Shown here: piece after piece, positions 57,170 through 64,000 of the stretch
Position numbering within the stretch: the stretch's first letter is position 1
Layout of the letters: each line of letters starts with the position of its first letter
Source of the DNA: Planctomycetota bacterium
Lineage (GTDB): Bacteria > Planctomycetota > UBA1135 > UBA2386
Direction: 5' to 3'
Length of the DNA: 64,000 nucleotides
NCBI GenBank assembly: GCA_965228735.1
Contig: OZ245838.1
Location: 5,984,001-6,048,000 of the forward strand
Translations under genes and position numbers: made by a program
The notes under the pieces: model-generated
The model's input: the letters and a program-made list of their open reading frames with translations, nothing else
The model's database searches: none
What the model was told of the DNA's origin: nothing

Positions 57170-58086
57170 TCACGACCGAACTGCTGCTGCACACGGCGAA
57201 GACGTTCGGGATCCTGTTCGTCGTGTTCCTGCCGCTCGAACGGCTGGCGCGCGGCCACGAGCAGCCCGTCTTCCGTCGCGGGTACGGCACCGATCTGCTG
57301 TTCTTCCTCGGGCAGTACCTGCTCTGGACCGCACCGGTGCTGCTCGCGCTGGCGTGGATCTTCAACAATTCCCAGCACCTGCCGCTCGAGCCCGTCCGCG
57401 CCACCGTCGCGGCCTGGCCATGGCCGGTGCAGTTCGTCGCGGTGATGTTCCTCAGCGACCTCGCGATCTACTGGGGGCATCGGCTGTCGCACAAGTACGA
57501 GTTCCTGTGGCGCTTCCACCGCGTGCACCACACGGCCGAACGGCTCGACTGGCTCGCGGCGCATCGCGAGCATCCGTTCGACAACCTCTACACGCGGACG
57601 ATCGAGAACGTGCCGTTGATCCTGCTCGGCTTCCCGCTGCACACGATCGCGGGCTTTGCGATGTTTCGCGGGCTCTGGGCGATCTACATCCACAGCAACT
57701 GCGCGCTGACGCCCGGGCCGCTGCGGTACCTGATCGGCGCGCCGCGACTGCACCACTGGCACCACGCGATCGAGGCGCGCGGGCAGGTCAACTTCGCCAA
57801 CCTGAGCCCGCTCATGGATCTGATGTTCGGCACGTATCACGACCCGGGGCACATGCCAGCCCGGGTCGGCATCACCGAGCCCGCGCCGAAGGGCTACGTG
57901 ACGCAGCTCATCGACCCGCTGCTTCCCGCCCGCGTGCGTCGGCGGCTCGCGGCGAGGGACGGCGGCGGGGCCGTTCCCGAGCCGGTTGCGCCGGTCGCGC
58001 CGGTCGCGCCGGTCGAGCCGATCGCGGCGCCCGAGCCCGCGCTGAGCGGATCAGGCGTCCGCGTCGGCCTGGAGCTCGTCGAGTAG
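57166..58086 (+). CDS. Sterol desaturase / fatty acid hydroxylase family di-iron membrane enzyme
   Basis: His boxes HRLSH, HRVHH, HSN, HHWHH; D.MFGT; start MITTELL. Confidence 0.92.
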   Translation: MITTELLLHTAKTFGILFVVFLPLERLARGHEQPVFRRGYGTDLLFFLGQYLLWTAPVLLALAWIFNNSQHLPLEPVRATVAAWPWPVQFVAVMFLSDLAIYWGHRLSHKYEFLWRFHRVHHTAERLDWLAAHREHPFDNLYTRTIENVPLILLGFPLHTIAGFAMFRGLWAIYIHSNCALTPGPLRYLIGAPRLHHWHHAIEARGQVNFANLSPLMDLMFGTYHDPGHMPARVGITEPAPKGYVTQLIDPLLPARVRRRLAARDGGGAVPEPVAPVAPVAPVEPIAAPEPALSGSGVRVGLELVE

Positions 58087-58779
58087 CGCCGCCGCGGCGA
58101 CCTTCTCCGCGGCGCGCTTCGTGCGCCCGAGCCCGTCCGCGTGCCGTCCGTCCTCGATGCGGGCGCGCGCGCGAAACTGCTGCTCGTGCTGCAGTCCCGT
58201 CGTCTCGACGAGCTCGTAGCGTGGCTGCCCGAGGCCGACGTGCTGGCAGTAGTGCAGCAGCGCCGTCTTGGCGTCCTTGCTGGGTTCTTTCTGGCGCTTC
58301 GGCGGTTCGTCCGCGGGCAGGCAATGGCGGCGCACGAACGCGCGAGCCGGCCGGATGCCGCCGTCGACGAGGATCGCACCGAGCACCGCTTCGACGAGAT
58401 CCGCGCGGATGCGCGCGCTGCGGGTCTCCTCCTCGCGCAGTCCCTTGCCGGACAGCAGATGCTGCGCGAGGCCGAGCTCGTCCGCGATGGTCGCGAGCGG
58501 CGTGCGGCTCACGATGTTGGACCGCGTCTCCGTGAGCTGACCCTCGGCGACCTCGGGAATGGCAGCGAAGACGACCTCCGCGACGGCGAAGTTGAGGAAC
58601 GCGTCGCCGAGGAACTCGAGGCGCTCGTAGCTCTTCTTGCCCTCGTTGCCGAGTGAGCTGTGCGTGAGTGCGCGGTCGAGCAGCGTGAGATCTTCGAACG
58701 CGTAGCCGAGCCGCTTGGAAAGCGCGAGCAGCTCGTCGCGGCGGCTGTCGTTCTCGAGTTGGTCGTCGGTCGCGGTCAT
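58051..58779 (-). CDS. rnc: Ribonuclease III
   Basis: ALTHSS, YERLEFLGDA, ADLVEAVLGA, C-terminal dsRBD. Confidence 0.96.
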   Translation of the reverse strand: MTATDDQLENDSRRDELLALSKRLGYAFEDLTLLDRALTHSSLGNEGKKSYERLEFLGDAFLNFAVAEVVFAAIPEVAEGQLTETRSNIVSRTPLATIADELGLAQHLLSGKGLREEETRSARIRADLVEAVLGAILVDGGIRPARAFVRRHCLPADEPPKRQKEPSKDAKTALLHYCQHVGLGQPRYELVETTGLQHEQQFRARARIEDGRHADGLGRTKRAAEKVAAAALLDELQADADA

Positions 58780-58832
58780 GGCGGTTCGTCAAGCTAGTCC
58801 ACCGAGGAAGCAGTCGCTACCCTTGCCGGCCG

Positions 58833-60380
58833 ATGGCGTTGCCACGCGCGACTACCGGCCCTGGCTCGTCATGGGGCGTGACGCTCGGTTTCGGCGTGGT
58901 CGCCGCCGTGCTCTACGCCGTGACGTGGCAGGACGCGCTGCACGGACTCGACTGGCGCTTCATGGTGCTGTGGTACGAGGACGGCTACGTGCATCCGCAG
59001 CACCCGGGGTATCTGCTCGCGGCTCACGTCCTCGGCTGGCTGCTCGTACCGTTCGGTCTCTCGACGTTCGACCTGCTCGCGGCGCTGTCGGTTCTCGGCG
59101 GCGCCACGGCCGTGGCCGGGCTGCATCGCATCGCCTCGGTGGCGTCGGCCGACGTCGGGATTGCCGATGCGTCCGAGACCGGCGTCGCGGCTCGTTGGTT
59201 GCCGTGCTGGTTCGCCGGGCTCGGGATGCTGACCCCGGCGGTGTGGCATCACTCGACGGTGGTGGAGCTGCACGCGCCGTTCCTGGCCGTCGTCGTCTGG
59301 GCAGCGTTGCCGCTCGTTCGCTGGGCGCGGAGTCCGGCATACGGCCAGGTCGTCCTGCTCGGCGTTCTCACTGCGATCGCGGCGCTCATGCACGCGACCG
59401 GGCAGCTGCTCGTGCCCGTCGCCCTGGTAGCGTTGGTGTTCTCGCGGGTTCGCGGCGGTGCTGCGGCGCCGAGCTGGCCGCGAGTCGGGGGCGCGTTCTG
59501 CGCGTTCTTGGTAGCGCACGGCGTGACGTTCGCGACCCTGTTCGCGCTGGTCCGTGGCCTGGGCCCGTTGCCGCCCGCGGCGTTGGCGGTGCCTGGTGCG
59601 CCCGGCCTGGAGTTCGCGGACAACCCGGCGGGTTACCTGCTGAACGCTCTCGGCGGTTCGGACGTCTTTGCGCAGTTCTGGCCGACCATGCGGCGCGAGT
59701 GGCTCGAGCCGTTCGCGCCCTGGTCGGTGCTCGTGTTGATCGCCCTGGCGCTCCGTGCGACGCGCCGCGCGGCTGCGAGCTTCGCGATCTTGTTGCTCGG
59801 CTACCTCCTCGTCGCGGTCGTGCTGTTGCGCGCACAGGTCGACGAACGCGGGGCGTATCTGTTGCCGCTGCTCGGCCCCGCGGTTTGGCTCGCACTGCGG
59901 TTCGCGACGACGATACCGCTGCGGTGCGCGTTGCTGCTCTTCACCCTGCTCGCCGGGGTTGCGTGGCGCGGAGAACCCGGTCGGCTGCCGCCGGATCACG
60001 CGTTCGGCCGCGCAGCCCTGACGCTCGACGAGGTGCGGCCGACGGCGTTCTTCGTCGCCGGCTATCCGGAGATGGACGGCGCGTTGCGCGCGGACCCGCG
60101 TCTCGATGTCGATGTCGCGCTGCGGGCGTGGGGCGAGTTGCGAGCGTTGGGCGGCGACGCCGCGTTCGAGCCGAACGAAGCGCAGATTGCGGCGTGGCTG
60201 CAGCTGCTGGCCACTTCGGCAGGGGAGCGGGGGCGGCGTTTTCTGATCACCGATCGCGCGGTGGAGTGGCTCGGCGAACGCGTGCCGACGTTCGCGAGCG
60301 GGTTCGAGGCCTTCGTCGTCGCCGCCGATGCGAAGCGCGTTTCGGCCGCGGCCGGGGTGGGGGGCTACCTCATCGAGTAG
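58833..60380 (+). CDS. Polytopic membrane protein, GT-C/DUF2723-like
   Basis: About 11-13 hydrophobic helices; HPQHPGY early loop. Confidence 0.5.
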   Translation: MALPRATTGPGSSWGVTLGFGVVAAVLYAVTWQDALHGLDWRFMVLWYEDGYVHPQHPGYLLAAHVLGWLLVPFGLSTFDLLAALSVLGGATAVAGLHRIASVASADVGIADASETGVAARWLPCWFAGLGMLTPAVWHHSTVVELHAPFLAVVVWAALPLVRWARSPAYGQVVLLGVLTAIAALMHATGQLLVPVALVALVFSRVRGGAAAPSWPRVGGAFCAFLVAHGVTFATLFALVRGLGPLPPAALAVPGAPGLEFADNPAGYLLNALGGSDVFAQFWPTMRREWLEPFAPWSVLVLIALALRATRRAAASFAILLLGYLLVAVVLLRAQVDERGAYLLPLLGPAVWLALRFATTIPLRCALLLFTLLAGVAWRGEPGRLPPDHAFGRAALTLDEVRPTAFFVAGYPEMDGALRADPRLDVDVALRAWGELRALGGDAAFEPNEAQIAAWLQLLATSAGERGRRFLITDRAVEWLGERVPTFASGFEAFVVAADAKRVSAAAGVGGYLIE

Positions 60381-60390
60381 CGGCGCGGCC

Positions 60391-62226
<1,836 letters not shown>

Positions 62227-62327
62227 TGAAGGCGAAGCATTGTGCCGCTGGCGGGGCCGCCGTCAACCAGGGCCGGGGCCAGACGTGAACATACGGCACC
62301 GTGCCCAACCGGATTCCGTGAGGCCGG

Positions 62328-62942
62328 CTACGGCACCCGGAGGCCGAGTTGGCGCAGTTCGGCCGCCAGGCGCAGCAGCGGCAGGCCGACGATCGCCGTC
62401 TGGTCCTCGCAGTTGATCCCGGCGAACAGGCTGATTCCGAGCCCCTCGATCTTGTAGCTGCCGGCGCAGTCGAGCGGTGAATCGGCCGTGACGTAGCGCT
62501 CGATCTCGGCGCGTTCCAGTGGGCGCATGCAGAGCCGGGTCACGTCGACGAACTCGATGGTTCGTTCGCCAGCCGTGATCGCGACGGCGGTGACGAGTTC
62601 ATGCTCGCGCCCCTGCAGGAGGAGGAGCTGCTCGATCGCGCGCTCGGTGTTGCCGGGCTTGTCGAGGACCCTGCCGTCGATCGTCGCGATCTGATCGCTG
62701 CCGATCACGAGGGTCTCGGACGCCGTCGCCACGGCCGCGCCGGCCTGGGCCTTGGCCGCGCCAGCTTGGGCCTTCGCCCGGGCGAGCCGCTGGGCGAGTT
62801 CGAGCGGCGTCGTGCCCGGCGCCGCGTCGGCCTTGATGGTGGCCTCGTCCACCGCCGGCGCGACGCAGTCGAACGGCAGCCCGAGCCGCTCGAGCAGGGC
62901 CTTGCGGTAGGGCGAGGTGCTGGCCAGCAGGAGCTTCTGCAT
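62328..62942 (-). CDS. yceF: Maf-family nucleotide pyrophosphatase, YceF (m7GTP) type
   Basis: LASTSPYR, IGSDQ, DKPG, PLDCAGSYKIEGLG; start moved to MQKLL. Confidence 0.8.
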   Translation of the reverse strand: MQKLLLASTSPYRKALLERLGLPFDCVAPAVDEATIKADAAPGTTPLELAQRLARAKAQAGAAKAQAGAAVATASETLVIGSDQIATIDGRVLDKPGNTERAIEQLLLLQGREHELVTAVAITAGERTIEFVDVTRLCMRPLERAEIERYVTADSPLDCAGSYKIEGLGISLFAGINCEDQTAIVGLPLLRLAAELRQLGLRVP

Positions 62943-63062
62943 GGCCGGATCACACGGGCGCCCCGGTTCTCGCCCAATCGAAATCTCGATTGTGGCGGCG
63001 CGTTGGACTACTTGGGTCGTCGGGCGACCGCTGTCCGTTCCGCCCCCGCCGAATCTCGAGCC

Positions 63063-64000
63063 ATGAACCCCAGCATGAAGCCGATCCTGACCGTCGGCAG
63101 CGCCCTGGCGCTGCTCATTCTCCCAGCCTGCGGTGGCGACGAGCCCGCCAAGCCCGCGCCCACGCCCGCGCAGAAGAAGCAGGCCCCGAAGCCGTCGCGG
63201 CCGAAGCGCGAACTCCCGGTGCGGCTCAACATGCCGATCATCAAGGCGACGTTCGGGATGGAGCCGTCGGGGAACAAGCTCGACGCCGCCCCGACCGAGG
63301 CGCAGGTCGCGCTCGGACGCACGTTGTTCCACAACGCCGCGATCTCGGCCAGCGGCGAGGTCAGCTGTGCGACGTGTCACGACCTCGCCAACTACGGCCA
63401 GGACGGGGCCGTGACGACGGCGTTGCAGGGCGACGCCGGCGACACGATCGCACGCAACGCGCCGACGGTCTGGAACGCCGCGCGGCAGATGTTCCTCGGC
63501 TGGGCGTACGAGTATTCATCCGTCGAGGAGCACGCAGTCGGCCACGCGACGAGTCCACGCGGCCTCGGACTCGCCTCGACCGAGGAGCTGGCCGCGAAGG
63601 TCAACGAGGATGCCGCGCTCGTCGCGGGGTTCGAGAAGGCGTTCCCCGGCGGCAACGCCGTCACGGCCGAGAACTTCGGGCGGGCGGTCGGCGCATTCGA
63701 ACGCACGCTCGTGACGCGCAGCAAGTGGGACGAGTTCCTCGACGGCAACGCGCGGGCGCTGTCCAACGCCGAGAAGAAGGGGCTCAAGCTGTTCTACGAC
63801 GCCCAGTGCTTCACGTGTCACATGGGCCGGACCGTCGGCGGCACGATCGTGCAGAAGCTCGGTGTCCACAAGCCGTACCACAACCAGAAGGACACCGGTC
63901 GGCACACGGTCACCGGCGACGACGGGGACAAGATGATGTTCAAGGCGCCCAACCTGCTCAACGTCGCCAAGACCGCGCCCTACAACCACGACGGCCTGAC
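63063..64000 (+). CDS. Di-heme cytochrome c peroxidase/MauG-family lipoprotein; 3' end runs off window
   Basis: Manual translation: lipobox ILPAC, CATCH, RNAPTVWN, CFTCH, FKAPNLLNVAKTAPYNHDG. Confidence 0.9.
   Translation, partial: MNPSMKPILTVGSALALLILPACGGDEPAKPAPTPAQKKQAPKPSRPKRELPVRLNMPIIKATFGMEPSGNKLDAAPTEAQVALGRTLFHNAAISASGEVSCATCHDLANYGQDGAVTTALQGDAGDTIARNAPTVWNAARQMFLGWAYEYSSVEEHAVGHATSPRGLGLASTEELAAKVNEDAALVAGFEKAFPGGNAVTAENFGRAVGAFERTLVTRSKWDEFLDGNARALSNAEKKGLKLFYDAQCFTCHMGRTVGGTIVQKLGVHKPYHNQKDTGRHTVTGDDGDKMMFKAPNLLNVAKTAPYNHDGL

Noticed and set aside
58051..58086. 36-bp convergent overlap of desaturase and rnc as a regulatory feature
   Set aside because: Short 3' overlaps with low-complexity tails are common in high-GC genomes; no further support.

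Overview
This is a GC-rich, densely coding bacterial window. It is probably from a Planctomycetota-like genome, inferred from the PQQ-like propellers, sulfatase, ECF sigma factors with long extensions, Ser/Thr kinase-TPR and secreted repeat proteins. I see no rRNA, tRNA, CRISPR array or transposase. Housekeeping genes are icmF, mfd, rnc, typA and a YceF-type Maf. The most striking structure is a ~14 kb co-oriented, partly translationally coupled run of nine signal-peptide-bearing amidohydrolase-superfamily genes (ten barrel domains, 32936-46883). Only two adjacent members keep a full metal-ligand set, which suggests an exported hetero-oligomeric enzyme/pseudoenzyme assembly. Other candidates: a membrane-anchored protein with five [S/G]SK repeats coupled to a sterol-desaturase-family enzyme; a PAO-like Rieske oxygenase + 33-aa IYPLF microprotein + SGNH-methyltransferase fusion locus; a perfect 66-bp loopless palindrome and a second ~86-bp hairpin; an ECF fusion with an internal Shine-Dalgarno/ATG; and a di-heme peroxidase-family protein with a rewritten active site. 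All family calls come from motif recognition by eye; no database searches were run. Many start codons were moved relative to the ORF track.
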